NCBI GenBank assembly: GCA_964510085.1
Contig: CAZEAB010000006.1
Coordinates: forward strand, 1-52,844
Reading direction: 5' to 3'
DNA length: 52,844 nt
DNA from: an uncultured Methanosarcinales archaeon
GTDB lineage: Archaea > Nanobdellota > Nanobdellia > Woesearchaeales > GW2011-AR9
The notes under the pieces are model-generated. The model was not told the DNA's origin and searched no databases. It saw nothing but the letters and a program-made list of their open reading frames with translations. Shown one piece after another: positions 8,808 to 19,209 of this stretch (position 1 is its first letter; each line of letters begins with the position of its first letter). The position numbers and the translations under genes were made by a program.

Positions 8808-9007
8808 TTCATAATCAATAAGACAAACAACGAACTCTTATGACACGGAGTTATTCACAAAATATAGATTCACAATTCACATAGTACAGAGGGTGGAAAT
8901 AAATTCTATATTTCGTGGAACAACAAGAAAAAGACATTTACCAATCACACGTATCACATATTGACACATAGTAGATAGTAGGTAGCTTTTTCTAGGAGGA
9001 AATAAGA

Positions 9008-10279
9008 ATGGCAAAAATAAGCCCAGTAGCGGCAAAATATATTGTTCAATCAGAAATTCAAATTGAAGGAATCGTTGATCGACCAGACGTAATTGGTGCG
9101 GTTTTCGGACAAACAGAAGGTCTATTAGGAAACGAACTAGAACTTCGTGAATTACAAAGAAGTGGACGAATAGGACGAATTGAAGTAAACATTAACACCA
9201 GTGGTGGAAAAACATCTGGAGAGATTATAATCCCTAGTTCACTTGATAAAACTGAAACAGTTATAGTGGCGGCAGCTCTTGAGATTATTCAACGAATTGG
9301 TCCATGTAACGCAAAGGTTAAAGTAAAAAAAATTGAAGATGTTCGTACAAGTAAGCGACAATTTGTAATTCAAAGAGCGAAAGAACTTCTTAAATTTCTT
9401 ACTGAAACAACTCTTCCAGATTCTCAAGAGATTTCTGATGAAGTAGCACAATCAGTTCGAATGATGGAAGTAGTAGAATTTGGACGAGAAAGATTAGCTG
9501 CAGGACCCGCAATTGAAGATAGCGAAGAAATAGTTATCGTTGAGGGAAGAGCAGATGTCTTAAACTTACTTAAACATGGATTTAAGAACGCAATAGCAAT
9601 GAACGGAACTTCATGTCCGGCGACAATTAAAGAACTATCTCGAAGAAAAACAACTACAGTATTTGTAGATGGAGATCGAGGAGGTAATTTAATCATAAGA
9701 GAATTGCTAAGTGTTGCAGATTTAGATTCTGTATGTAAAGCACCAGATGGAAAGGAAGTTGAAGAACTTACAAAGAAAGAGATTCACAAAGCATTACGTG
9801 GGAAAATTACAGCAGAACAAGCAAAGTTAGATCTTGGTGTTGATAGTGAAGGAAGAGTGAAAGAAGTTCCTCAAAATAGTCGATCTCGTACTCAAAGACC
9901 ATCACGTACACAAAGACCTCTACCACCAAAAAGAGCACAAAGTTTCCAAAGAACTCCACGACCTCAAGCAAAGAGCAGAGAGTTATCTGCAGATGAGAAG
10001 AAAATTCTGAAGAAAACAATGGAAGACCTTTTCGGAACTCGAGGAGCTTGTATCTTTGACCAAAAACTTACAATTCTTGGAAAAGTTCCATTAAGTGAGC
10101 TAGAATCTACCATTAAAAGTTTGAATGGCGGAATTTACGCAGTAGCATTAGATGGAGACATATCACCAGAATTATCTCAGTTAGCAGAGAAATTAAGCAT
10201 ATCCCACATAGTTGGAACAGGATCAAAAGTTAAAATCCCTGTTAAAGTGAATGTCTTAACTGATGAAAGTTTAAGTTAA
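9008..10279 (+). CDS. dnaG: Archaeal DnaG (primase-like, exosome-associated)
   Basis: DVIGAVFGQTEGLLG, VEGRADV, TOPRIM DGDRGG; AGGAGG RBS. Confidence 0.96.
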   Translation: MAKISPVAAKYIVQSEIQIEGIVDRPDVIGAVFGQTEGLLGNELELRELQRSGRIGRIEVNINTSGGKTSGEIIIPSSLDKTETVIVAAALEIIQRIGPCNAKVKVKKIEDVRTSKRQFVIQRAKELLKFLTETTLPDSQEISDEVAQSVRMMEVVEFGRERLAAGPAIEDSEEIVIVEGRADVLNLLKHGFKNAIAMNGTSCPATIKELSRRKTTTVFVDGDRGGNLIIRELLSVADLDSVCKAPDGKEVEELTKKEIHKALRGKITAEQAKLDLGVDSEGRVKEVPQNSRSRTQRPSRTQRPLPPKRAQSFQRTPRPQAKSRELSADEKKILKKTMEDLFGTRGACIFDQKLTILGKVPLSELESTIKSLNGGIYAVALDGDISPELSQLAEKLSISHIVGTGSKVKIPVKVNVLTDESLS

Positions 10280-10367
10280 ATTTTTTATTTTTTATTCTTC
10301 TTATTTTTGAATATTGCTTCCGAGAGATAACCACAACATTTTTATCATCCTTATCTTTCATAAACCC

Positions 10368-11705
10368 ATGACCTTCGATGTTATCATAGGACGTTCAAAA
10401 CAAGACGTAGCTAAATTTGGAAAAAGAGGAACGATTTTCTTAGGAAAACAATACGTCCAAATGGGTCAAACTACTTCATTATCAAACCCAGTATATATGG
10501 ATGTTGCTGGAGCACATGTTGTATTTATAGTTGGTAAACGTGGATCAGGAAAATCATACACAATGGGCTCTATTGCAGAAGGTCTTGCAGATCTTCCAGA
10601 AGAGATTAAACAAAACTTGTCAATAATTCTTCTAGATACAATGGGTATTTACTGGACTATGAAATATCCAAATTACCAAGATGCTGAAATAACTAAAAAA
10701 TGGGGATTTGAGCCAAAAGGATTAGATGTCAAAATATATACTCCTACAGGATTTTATTACAAATACAAAGAAGAAGGGATTCCCACAGATTTTCCATTCT
10801 CATTACGGCCGATTGATGTAGACCCATTAGATTGGACTAACGCATTTCAAATGAATGCGAATTCTGCAGAGGGAGTTTTAATAACTAAAGTTGTTCAAGA
10901 ACTCAAGATAAAAGAAAAATCTTATTCGATGGATGAATTGATTGAACTCGTAAAAAAAGATAAAGAATCAGACACAGTTACAGTAAATGTTGTTGTGAAT
11001 GAATTCAAAAAAGCAAAAGGGTGGAAAATCTTTTCAAAAGAAGGAACTCCATTAAAAGATCTCGTAGCAGGAGGTCAAGTAACAGTACTTGACGTTTCTC
11101 CATATGCTACAATGGCATCTGGTTGGGAGATAAAAGCTCTTGTAGTTGGACTTATTTCTCGTACATTATTCAACCAACGTCTTCTTGCACGAAAAACAGA
11201 AGAATTCAAAACAGTAGATACTTCCATGCACTACTTTTCACATGAAAAAGACACTAAGATGAAAGAACCGCTTGTGTGGCTTGCTATTGACGAAGCTCAC
11301 GAACTTCTTCCAAAAGAAGGAAAAACAGCAGCATCAGATGCTTTAATAACAATTCTTAGAGAAGGACGTCAACCCGGAATTTCATTAATCCTTGCATCTC
11401 AACAGCCGGGAAAGATTCATACGGATGTAATGACACAGTCAGATACAGTACTTGCACATAGATTAACTGCACGAATGGATGTAGAAGCTCTTCAGCAGTT
11501 AACACAAAGTTATATGCAAGAAGGTTTAGAACAAGCAATAGACCACTTACCTCGATTAAAGGGTTCTGCAGTAATATTTGACGATGCTAACGAGCGTATC
11601 TTCCCAATACAAATGCGTCCACGATTTACATGGCATGGTGGTTCTTCTCCTACTGCAATTAAAGAAAAGAAAGAAGATTATGATAAAATGTTGAAAGAGA
11701 TTTAG
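10368..11705 (+). CDS. HerA/FtsK-like ATPase (DUF87)
   Basis: Walker A GKRGSGKS, Walker B LAIDEAH, REGRQPG, ASQQP; ATG at 10368 preferred over TTG at 10314. Confidence 0.88.
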   Translation: MTFDVIIGRSKQDVAKFGKRGTIFLGKQYVQMGQTTSLSNPVYMDVAGAHVVFIVGKRGSGKSYTMGSIAEGLADLPEEIKQNLSIILLDTMGIYWTMKYPNYQDAEITKKWGFEPKGLDVKIYTPTGFYYKYKEEGIPTDFPFSLRPIDVDPLDWTNAFQMNANSAEGVLITKVVQELKIKEKSYSMDELIELVKKDKESDTVTVNVVVNEFKKAKGWKIFSKEGTPLKDLVAGGQVTVLDVSPYATMASGWEIKALVVGLISRTLFNQRLLARKTEEFKTVDTSMHYFSHEKDTKMKEPLVWLAIDEAHELLPKEGKTAASDALITILREGRQPGISLILASQQPGKIHTDVMTQSDTVLAHRLTARMDVEALQQLTQSYMQEGLEQAIDHLPRLKGSAVIFDDANERIFPIQMRPRFTWHGGSSPTAIKEKKEDYDKMLKEI

Positions 11706-12841
11706 TCTAAGAAGATACTTAAATCACTAAATGAAGCAAATTCTGTATTTCTTCCAACTCCTGCTTTAAATTTCAATTTTCGTAACGCTTTAAATTCTAA
11801 TTGTCTAATTCTTTCACGTGTTAAGTTAAATCTCTGCCCCACTTCTTCTAATGTAAGCGGATCTTGTCCATCAAACCCAAAACGTAAACGCAATATTACT
11901 TCTTCTCTTGGTTCTAACGCAGCAAGTAATCTTTTTACCCTTTTTTCAAGTTGAGAATGTGCAACTTTACTTTCTTGTCCTCTATTTATATGTACGTGAC
12001 CATTGTAACTTGCATTATCTCCAGTAATAAAATCTTGAAGTGAATCTCCTGGTTCACCATCCTTTCCTTTAATTGGTGCATCGAGAGATCGCGGATTTTT
12101 TGATGCAATAAATAATCTCTCAAGAGAGCTTATCGCATCTGAAATTCTAACATGTAATCTTTGAGCTTTTGCATTCCCATTAGGTTTCCAAGTAGAATAA
12201 AAATCATTTACATTTTGTACTGTTGGTTCTTCATTAATTACCGTAGAAGCAAGTTTTCTTAATTCAACATTATCTAATGCAAGAGAGATAGCAATTTCTT
12301 GATTACTTGGTCTTCTTCCTAACGAACTTCGTATTCTTTGAGATGCATGATAAATATGGTTAAATCTTTCTGAAATATGTACTGGCAAACGAATGGTTCT
12401 TGAATAATCGGCTATTGCTCTTGTAATTGATTGTCGAATCCACCAGGAACCATACGTTGAAAATTTGTGCCCCTTTTCCCATTCAAATTTTTCAACAGCT
12501 TTTTGCAACCCTGTATTTCCCTCCTGAATTAAATCAAGAAAACTTAAACCTCGATTATTATATCTTTTTGCTATACTTACAACTAATTTAAGATTTTTTT
12601 CAAAGAATTCTCCAGTAGCAGTTTGATAGATTTCTTGACCTCTTGTCCAAATACCTGCAAGATGTAGTATTTCTTTACAATAGGAGGGTAATTTTGTATT
12701 TGAACCTCTAACATTAGTTTGTTCAATGTACTGTTTTCCCTTTTGAATAGCTTGATCAATAACTTCTTCAACAGTTCTACTTCTTAATTCTAAAGAAAAA
12801 GGGATTGCACTTAGTTTATGATTTTGATAATAACTGCTCAA
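11702..12841 (-). CDS. Bacterial-type sigma70 (RpoD-like) regions 2-4; C-terminal part of a split gene
   Basis: [52 protein letters not shown] (region 2), SLDAPI (region 3), [24 protein letters not shown] (region 4). Confidence 0.92.
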   Translation of the reverse strand: MSSYYQNHKLSAIPFSLELRSRTVEEVIDQAIQKGKQYIEQTNVRGSNTKLPSYCKEILHLAGIWTRGQEIYQTATGEFFEKNLKLVVSIAKRYNNRGLSFLDLIQEGNTGLQKAVEKFEWEKGHKFSTYGSWWIRQSITRAIADYSRTIRLPVHISERFNHIYHASQRIRSSLGRRPSNQEIAISLALDNVELRKLASTVINEEPTVQNVNDFYSTWKPNGNAKAQRLHVRISDAISSLERLFIASKNPRSLDAPIKGKDGEPGDSLQDFITGDNASYNGHVHINRGQESKVAHSQLEKRVKRLLAALEPREEVILRLRFGFDGQDPLTLEEVGQRFNLTRERIRQLEFKALRKLKFKAGVGRNTEFASFSDLSIFLD

Positions 12842-12870
12842 TAATCTTCGTAATTCAGTTCTCTTATCTC

Positions 12871-13725
12871 TTACAGGCCTGCAAATTTATGTGCTAATAC
12901 AGATTTCTCAATTATTCTTCCAGTTTTTTTAGTTCCCCTATTATCACATAAAACCTTAACTCTTTCTAAATATCTCTCTGATTCTTCTTCTATTGTAGCT
13001 CTTTGTCCATCCCATATATCTTTTATTTGTTGGTATCGTTCATCTTGTTTATTGGATTTTATAGGATAATTTCGTAATAATTCAATAAGTCTGTCAAGCG
13101 AATCATATAATTCTCCTTGAAGGCCATGTACTAAACCTAAAACTAATATTCTATCTTCTGCTTCTTGAATCAAAGCTCTTCCATAATCTCTTTTTTGTCC
13201 AACTAACTGTTCTGTTTCTCTGTTTAATAAAGGAATTTTTCCAATAGACTGAAGATAAAATGCTACAGAATCAGTTATTGGAATTGTTGAAACACCGGGT
13301 ATAGGTTTAGGTGAAGAAGAGGCATAATTCCTTTCCCTCTTCATTTTTTCTTGTGTAACTCTTGCTTCAAGTCCTGAAATATAATTAATATAATTAGACA
13401 AATTTACTGGAGAATCTTTCATAACAAATGGATTAACTTTATTTGGTTCAACTTCATATTCACCAATTCCCACAATCTCACAAACACCACCGGCTTCAAT
13501 ATGGGTTTGTAAGTAAATTGTTTGATTACTTGGATCAAAATCAGCAGGAGCGTTTCTAACAACGCCAGAATATAATAACCTACCTTGGTCTTGTAATTTT
13601 AATAATACTCCTTTTCTTTTCCTTGTATAGGTTAACTGTAACTTTCTAGAAGAATCTAAAATATTTCCTCTACTATTTCGCAAAGGAATTGGAATAAGGA
13701 TATTTGTATCTAATAATTCTTCCAT
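12871..13725 (-). CDS. N-terminal part of the split sigma70: unknown domain plus region 1.2
   Basis: [23 protein letters not shown] is region 1.2; frame is offset by 1 nt from the downstream ORF. Confidence 0.8.
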   Translation of the reverse strand: MEELLDTNILIPIPLRNSRGNILDSSRKLQLTYTRKRKGVLLKLQDQGRLLYSGVVRNAPADFDPSNQTIYLQTHIEAGGVCEIVGIGEYEVEPNKVNPFVMKDSPVNLSNYINYISGLEARVTQEKMKRERNYASSSPKPIPGVSTIPITDSVAFYLQSIGKIPLLNRETEQLVGQKRDYGRALIQEAEDRILVLGLVHGLQGELYDSLDRLIELLRNYPIKSNKQDERYQQIKDIWDGQRATIEEESERYLERVKVLCDNRGTKKTGRIIEKSVLAHKFAGL

Positions 13726-13770
13726 ATACTATTTTTACTAAGTTGCTTTAAAAAGATTCTGTAAAGATTA

Positions 13771-14664
13771 TCACATCTTATCTAAACGTCGTATCCGTTC
13801 ATTAATATCTGGATGAGTCATCCATAGGTTCTTAAAAAACATTTTTCGCTTCTTTCTGAAAGGAGTTGAGATAAACAGATGTGCAGTTGCTTTATTTGCA
13901 TGATCTACTAGTGGGTCTGGATCTTCCTTGATTTTTCGTAACGCATCCGCTAAACCTTTTGGATATCTTGTTAATTGTGCTCCAGATGCATCAGCAAGAA
14001 ATTCTCTCTTTCTACTAATAGCAAGCTTAATTGCTTCTCCAATAAATGGACTTAGAATAGCCAAAACTAACCCCACAACAATTAATACAATCGTAAGTTG
14101 ATTATTCTCACTATCTCTTCTACCCCAAAGAAAGCTTCGTAAAAGAAAATCAGAAAGTAAGATAGTTAATCCAACCATAACAGATGCAAGCATCATAACT
14201 CTTATGTCATAATTTTTTATATGACTCATTTCGTGAGCAATAACTCCCTCTAATTCTAACTTGTTTAACTTCTCTAATAAACCAGTTGTAACGGTAATTG
14301 ATGAATGTTCTGGATCTCTTCCAGTTGCAAATGCATTTAATGCACTATCATGAATAACATATACTTTAGGTGGTTTAGGTAATCCTGCTGCAATTGTTAA
14401 TCCCTCTACTGTGTTAATCAAATGAGTATACGTCGGCTTTTTGGCTTCTTTTGCTCGAGTCATTGTAAGAATGGCATTTGCACCACCATAATAACTAAAC
14501 AAAAAGTAAATTACACCAACAATTAACGCAAGAACTAACCCAGTATATTGATTTCCATAAAATGAACCAATAAGTAATCCTAACACTACAACAAAAGAAA
14601 AAAAGAAGAAGATTAGGAGATAGGTCTTCCTCTTGTTACTGGAAACCTCTTTGTAAAATGTCAT
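13771..14664 (-). CDS. htpX: HtpX-like M48 membrane metalloprotease
   Basis: NAFATG, HEMSH zinc motif, SRKREFLAD, THP. Confidence 0.93.
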   Translation of the reverse strand: MTFYKEVSSNKRKTYLLIFFFFSFVVVLGLLIGSFYGNQYTGLVLALIVGVIYFLFSYYGGANAILTMTRAKEAKKPTYTHLINTVEGLTIAAGLPKPPKVYVIHDSALNAFATGRDPEHSSITVTTGLLEKLNKLELEGVIAHEMSHIKNYDIRVMMLASVMVGLTILLSDFLLRSFLWGRRDSENNQLTIVLIVVGLVLAILSPFIGEAIKLAISRKREFLADASGAQLTRYPKGLADALRKIKEDPDPLVDHANKATAHLFISTPFRKKRKMFFKNLWMTHPDINERIRRLDKM

Positions 14665-15209
14665 TAAAACTCAACATCAACGTTTTTCTTTTCCTTTCCC
14701 TCTGCTTTGAAAAAATCTTCTTGATGAAATCCAAACATTTTTGCAAAAACATTTTTTGGGAAAACTTGAATTGCTTCATTGAAGTTCATAACACTATCAT
14801 TATAAAACTGTCTAGCGTACGCAATTTTGCTTTCTGTTCCCGACAATTCTTCTTGCAAGTGTATAAAGTTTTGGTTTGCCTTCAAATCAGGATAATTCTC
14901 CGCAACGGCAAAAATACTCTTAAGTGCTTCAGTAATTTGGTTAGATGCCTTTGCTCTACTTCCAACTGAACCTTTCATTAAAGAAGTTCTTGCTTCAGTA
15001 ACTTCTTTCAAAACACCTTTTTCGTGTTTCATATATCCCTTAACTGTTTTCACTAAGTTTGGAATTAAATCATATCGTCTCTTCAATTGAACATCAATTT
15101 GAGAGAACGCATTCTTCACTCGTACTCGTAATCTAATCAAGCTGTTGTAAATATATATTAAGAATACTACCACAACCGCAATAACAATCCATATCCATGT
15201 TGCAACCAT
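14664..15209 (-). CDS. lemA: LemA family protein
   Basis: [34 protein letters not shown]; coupled to htpX. Confidence 0.95.
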   Translation of the reverse strand: MVATWIWIVIAVVVVFLIYIYNSLIRLRVRVKNAFSQIDVQLKRRYDLIPNLVKTVKGYMKHEKGVLKEVTEARTSLMKGSVGSRAKASNQITEALKSIFAVAENYPDLKANQNFIHLQEELSGTESKIAYARQFYNDSVMNFNEAIQVFPKNVFAKMFGFHQEDFFKAEGKEKKNVDVEF

Positions 15210-15377
15210 TGTAAACCTCCAATGTAGTATTAAAAACAGATTTCATTTATAATTATTCCCCCCATAAAACGCAATATATCAAAAAGTAAAGACTTTTTGG
15301 GAAGTCCCGAAAATAGATTTTTTCGGAACTTATATAAACCAAAATAACATTCCTAAAACTATAGAGGTGATAGTTTT

Positions 15378-16298
15378 ATGGTATTAGAACACATTTTTCC
15401 AGAGGACTGGTTGGAAAAGAAAGGTAGATACGCATTCTTATTAGGAGTAATATATTCATTTGTTGGTATTGGATTAGCATGGATTTTATTTAGAAACGAT
15501 CCAGCATTAGTTGCAGTAGCATTTACATCATTATTACTTTTACCAGAATTGTATAAAATATTTTCAATAGAAGAAAGACGAGAAAGTATGGAAACAGATT
15601 TTTCCATCAAAACATTATGGAGGGACGATATAGACATTATTCGAATTTACTTTTTTCTGTTTCTAGGTATAATGTTTTCTTATTCCGCTATGACTCTTAC
15701 GATGGATAGTCTTCAAACAAACTCTCTCTTTCGTGAACAGTTAGAAATAAGATTTGGTTCAGACCTTCCTGTATCTGCAGGAGAAGGAGGGCAAGGACTT
15801 GATTACAGTAACATCGTTGATTTTCCAGGAACATTTAGTATGGATTTGTTCTATGGGCTGTTAAGCAATAACTTTTTAGTGTTGCTGGCCTGTTTCATCA
15901 TGGCGTTGTTAACAGGAGATGGAGCGGTATTCTTAATTTCATGGAACGCATCGGTTTGGGGAACAATTTTTGGAATTACTGCAAAGGGAGCAGCGACATT
16001 TACTGGCGGAAGTACAATAGTATTATTCCTGCTGGTACTTGCAATAGTATTCCCACACATGATGATAGAAGCGCTGTCATATTTCCTCGCCGCCATATCG
16101 GGTTCGGTGATATCTAAAGATGTAATATTAGAGAAATTCGCATCCGAACGGTTTTTTGAAGTATTTGGGTTAAATCTGTATCTGTTGTTAGTAGCATTAT
16201 TCTTTTTGTTACTTGGAGCAGTAGTAGAAACCTGGGTACTTGACAACGTAACCATCTATAATGAAATAATTAAACAAAGCTTTGCTGCGTTTAGTTAG
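15378..16298 (+). CDS. Polytopic membrane protein, SpoIIM/DUF95-like
   Basis: Multiple TM helices, NNFLV, FPHMMIE, AVVE; GAGGTGA RBS. Confidence 0.75.
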   Translation: MVLEHIFPEDWLEKKGRYAFLLGVIYSFVGIGLAWILFRNDPALVAVAFTSLLLLPELYKIFSIEERRESMETDFSIKTLWRDDIDIIRIYFFLFLGIMFSYSAMTLTMDSLQTNSLFREQLEIRFGSDLPVSAGEGGQGLDYSNIVDFPGTFSMDLFYGLLSNNFLVLLACFIMALLTGDGAVFLISWNASVWGTIFGITAKGAATFTGGSTIVLFLLVLAIVFPHMMIEALSYFLAAISGSVISKDVILEKFASERFFEVFGLNLYLLLVALFFLLLGAVVETWVLDNVTIYNEIIKQSFAAFS

Positions 16299-16368
16299 TT
16301 TTAATTTATTTTTTTATTTCTATTTTCTTTTGGTAAGTTTTTTATATATGCCTCTATAAATAAGTACT

Positions 16369-17058
16369 ATGAAAACAGTAGGTATTATTGGAGGATTAGG
16401 ACCAGAAACAACAGCAGAGTTTTACTTAGATCTTGTTTTCTCATGCCAAAAAAAAGATAAGAGTAATAGGCCACCAATCTTAATATCAAGTGTACCTATT
16501 CCTTATGCAATTGAAGAAGAAGCTATTTCAAAAAACACAGGCATTGAACGTTTTGAACCATTTCTCACAGCGGAAGCAAGAAGATTAGAAAAAAGTGGCG
16601 CAGACTTCTTAGTAATGCCTTGCAACTCATTACATGTGTTTATTAATCAAATTAGAGATTCAGTAAATATTCCCGTTTTAAGTATTGTTGAAGAGACAGT
16701 AAATTTTTTACTTAATGAAAAAATGCAGAAGGTAGGCATTGTATCTACTTCTGCTACTATTCAGAATAGATTATATGAGGACGAATTTCAGAAAAGGGAT
16801 ATTGTTTTCCAATCACCAGACGATTTCCAGCAAGCTAAAATGGGGAAAATGATCCATAATTTAGTAATTGGTCAACAAAATAATAAGGACAGAGAAGATT
16901 TAATTGAGATAATCAATGATTTGGGAGATAAGGAAGTTGATTGTGTGATCCTTGCATGCACAGACTTACAATTATTAATCCCAAAACATCCAAATGTAAA
17001 AATATTTGATACAATGAAAATATTTGTGAATGCAACTGTTGAAAAAATTCTACAATAA
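16369..17058 (+). CDS. Aspartate/glutamate racemase family protein
   Basis: GIIGGLGP, MPCNSLH, ILACTDL (both catalytic Cys). Confidence 0.92.
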   Translation: MKTVGIIGGLGPETTAEFYLDLVFSCQKKDKSNRPPILISSVPIPYAIEEEAISKNTGIERFEPFLTAEARRLEKSGADFLVMPCNSLHVFINQIRDSVNIPVLSIVEETVNFLLNEKMQKVGIVSTSATIQNRLYEDEFQKRDIVFQSPDDFQQAKMGKMIHNLVIGQQNNKDREDLIEIINDLGDKEVDCVILACTDLQLLIPKHPNVKIFDTMKIFVNATVEKILQ

Positions 17059-17060
17059 AA

Positions 17061-17879
17061 TTACTTCCCATTCGGTTTACACACACCATAAAAATCGCAT
17101 TGCCCAGTTCTCCATTTACATAACGGTGTAACGTTTTGTGGATAATCAACTTGATTTGTTGTAATTCCAGTATGTGCGTGTATTAATTCAATCTCACGTC
17201 TTGCAAGCTCTAACAAATCTTCATCAACATTAATCATCTTTAGTTTATGTCGTAAAAAGAAAATTCCTACTTTAGATGGAGTTACTCCATGTGTTTCATA
17301 ATATAAAAGTGCATAAATTCCTAACTGTAATCTGATACTGTCTTTAATATCAAATCGGGCGTTTGTCTTATAATCTATAATATGTACTTCATCTTCAATT
17401 TTTTGAATGGCATCAATAAATCCTCTTACATTTTGTTTTTCAGATTTATATTCAAGTTCACGTAACGGCGCTATTTTTGTAAATGTATCTTCTATAGATA
17501 AATTCTCCTCAGTTTTCATCTTAGTAAAATCTTTAATAAAATGATTCACCCAATTAATTAACATTAACATAGTTTCTTCAAAATAGAATCGTTCTTGATC
17601 TTTACTTAATTGTAAGTCATCTAATCTTTTTTTGTAGTGTTGCCATTGAAAGAAACACAATTTTTGAATTGCTGCTTTAAATTTCATTTCATAATTTTCA
17701 TCGGTAAAACTAGAGATATCAATGGTATAGAAATCTTCTAACGCAGAGTGGGCAATATTACCTCTCACTTGATGAATATTTGAGAGTGTAGGTATCTTCT
17801 CAATATATTGGTAATAGTATTTTCTCTTACACTGTTTGAATGTGTTTATAGAAGATGGAGATTCTCGTCTGTTTGCCAT
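17061..17879 (-). CDS. PD-(D/E)XK RecB/AddB-like nuclease with probable Fe-S cysteines
   Basis: SPSSINTFKQC, GNIAHSALE, GFID, IIDYKT, QLGIY, C-terminal C..C..C; ATG at 17879 lies downstream of the TATA. Confidence 0.88.
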   Translation of the reverse strand: MANRRESPSSINTFKQCKRKYYYQYIEKIPTLSNIHQVRGNIAHSALEDFYTIDISSFTDENYEMKFKAAIQKLCFFQWQHYKKRLDDLQLSKDQERFYFEETMLMLINWVNHFIKDFTKMKTEENLSIEDTFTKIAPLRELEYKSEKQNVRGFIDAIQKIEDEVHIIDYKTNARFDIKDSIRLQLGIYALLYYETHGVTPSKVGIFFLRHKLKMINVDEDLLELARREIELIHAHTGITTNQVDYPQNVTPLCKWRTGQCDFYGVCKPNGK

Positions 17880-17921
17880 TACCAGTTTGGGAATGAACTT
17901 GTTTAAATGTCTTTCCTGTAC

Positions 17922-17938
17922 TTGACCAGTGGGTTGTG
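17922..17938 (-). repeat. Degenerate copy of the 24-bp element (CACAACCCACTGGTCAA)
   Basis: 15/17 identity to the core CACTACCCACTGGACAA; upstream of TTTAAACA (17907-17900). Confidence 0.55.
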
Positions 17939-17994
17939 CTACATACAGACGTAAGCACAAACTTTTATAAAAGAACTAACCAATTACATCTTAA

Positions 17995-18327
17995 ATGGCT
18001 AAACCGAAGAAACATCAACATAATCCACAAGATCAAGTTATACGGGTACGTATACCTCGAGGAAACGAACTTCTGGGGATTGTTCAACAAAGATTGGGCG
18101 GAAGCCGAATGCGAGTTCTCTGTTTAGATGGAAAAGAAAGAATTTGTCGAATTCCAGGAAGATTACGAAGAGGGTTATGGGTTCGAGAAAACGATGTTGT
18201 TATTATTACTCCTTGGGAACTTGGTGGAGATACAAAAGGAGATGTCATTTACAAATATCGTGGACGAGCTGAAGTTGATTTCTTACGTAGAAAAGGATAT
18301 CTTAAAACACTAGAAGACGAGTTTTAG
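17995..18327 (+). CDS. eif1a: Translation initiation factor aIF-1A
   Basis: [43 protein letters not shown]. Confidence 0.96.
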   Translation: MAKPKKHQHNPQDQVIRVRIPRGNELLGIVQQRLGGSRMRVLCLDGKERICRIPGRLRRGLWVRENDVVIITPWELGGDTKGDVIYKYRGRAEVDFLRRKGYLKTLEDEF

Positions 18328-18329
18328 GA

Positions 18330-18545
18330 TTAATCTCCTGCCCAAATGTAACAACCACGTGATTCTCCGCTTAAAACTGCATCTGCTGCACTTGCAAATT
18401 TATCATAACTTGTTCCATGGCTCTGTGCCTCTCTTTTCTGACGTCTAAACATTTTTTCCATATATCCATCAACATCAGCTGGACCAATATCTTTAGAATT
18501 ACGCACCATTATGCCAAGTAAACTGTCTTTAGGTCTTTCTATCAT
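18330..18545 (-). CDS. Hypothetical protein
   Basis: 71-aa ORF in an intergenic gap with TATA-like element upstream. Confidence 0.5.
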   Translation of the reverse strand: MIERPKDSLLGIMVRNSKDIGPADVDGYMEKMFRRQKREAQSHGTSYDKFASAADAVLSGESRGCYIWAGD

Positions 18546-18658
18546 AATTTTTTAAGATATTTCTATTATTTAAACATTTCTCAGATAATTCTTTACTACT
18601 CCATTATATCCTTACAAACACAGAAATCCTTAAATACCGTTTTCCTTACTAATTACAT

Positions 18659-19207
18659 ATGAAAAAATTGAAACTCTTATTATACAGTGTTATTTTTGCA
18701 TTTTTATACCTTTCAATAATCCAAATCTTCATCGATAGTTTAGGCGCATCATTCTATCTTGAATTACTAGGTCTCCTATTCTTAATGGGGCTAACCTTTG
18801 TAGGATACATTGGATATACTGAATCCTGGGGAGAGAAATTCTTCTTCTTTACATTTCTATTTTATATTGGCAATTTAGCGGTTTTATGGTATTCAGCAGG
18901 TTCATTATACATAAGTCTTCTTTTCGTAGCATTACTTGGCTTTGTAATGTCAATTCCTCATAATACTAAAGTACAGGTTAATGAAGAACCAAAAATTGAA
19001 ACATACCCTGAACCATATAGTGAAGTATTTGATGTTCCAGCAGTAAAACATTCACCTGGTAAGTACGTTGCAAGTAAAAAAGGCAAGTATTACCATGAAC
19101 CTAAAAGTGAATGGGCTAAAAAGATTAAAGAAAACAATCAAGTTTGGTTCCAGAGTAAAGAAGATGCATGGGAAAAAGGATACAAAGCACATGCTGATGT
19201 AGAATAA
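18659..19207 (+). CDS. Membrane protein with C-terminal Ada-metal-binding-like domain lacking cysteines
   Basis: About 4 TM helices, then YVASKKGKYYH..WAKKI...WFQSKEDAWEKGY. Confidence 0.65.
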   Translation: MKKLKLLLYSVIFAFLYLSIIQIFIDSLGASFYLELLGLLFLMGLTFVGYIGYTESWGEKFFFFTFLFYIGNLAVLWYSAGSLYISLLFVALLGFVMSIPHNTKVQVNEEPKIETYPEPYSEVFDVPAVKHSPGKYVASKKGKYYHEPKSEWAKKIKENNQVWFQSKEDAWEKGYKAHADVE

Positions 19208-19209
19208 AT

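Noticed and set aside
12924-12930. A7 run as the slippage site repairing the sigma gene
   Set aside because: Both alternative frames hit stops (TGA, TAA) within a few codons.
9008-13725. Bacterial dnaG-rpoD operon remnant
   Set aside because: DnaG is archaeal type, on the opposite strand, and separated by the HerA-like gene.
17061-17960. Cas4 / CRISPR system, and the longer 299-aa ORF
   Set aside because: No array or other cas genes in the window; the N-terminal extension spans the promoter, so ATG 17879 is preferred.
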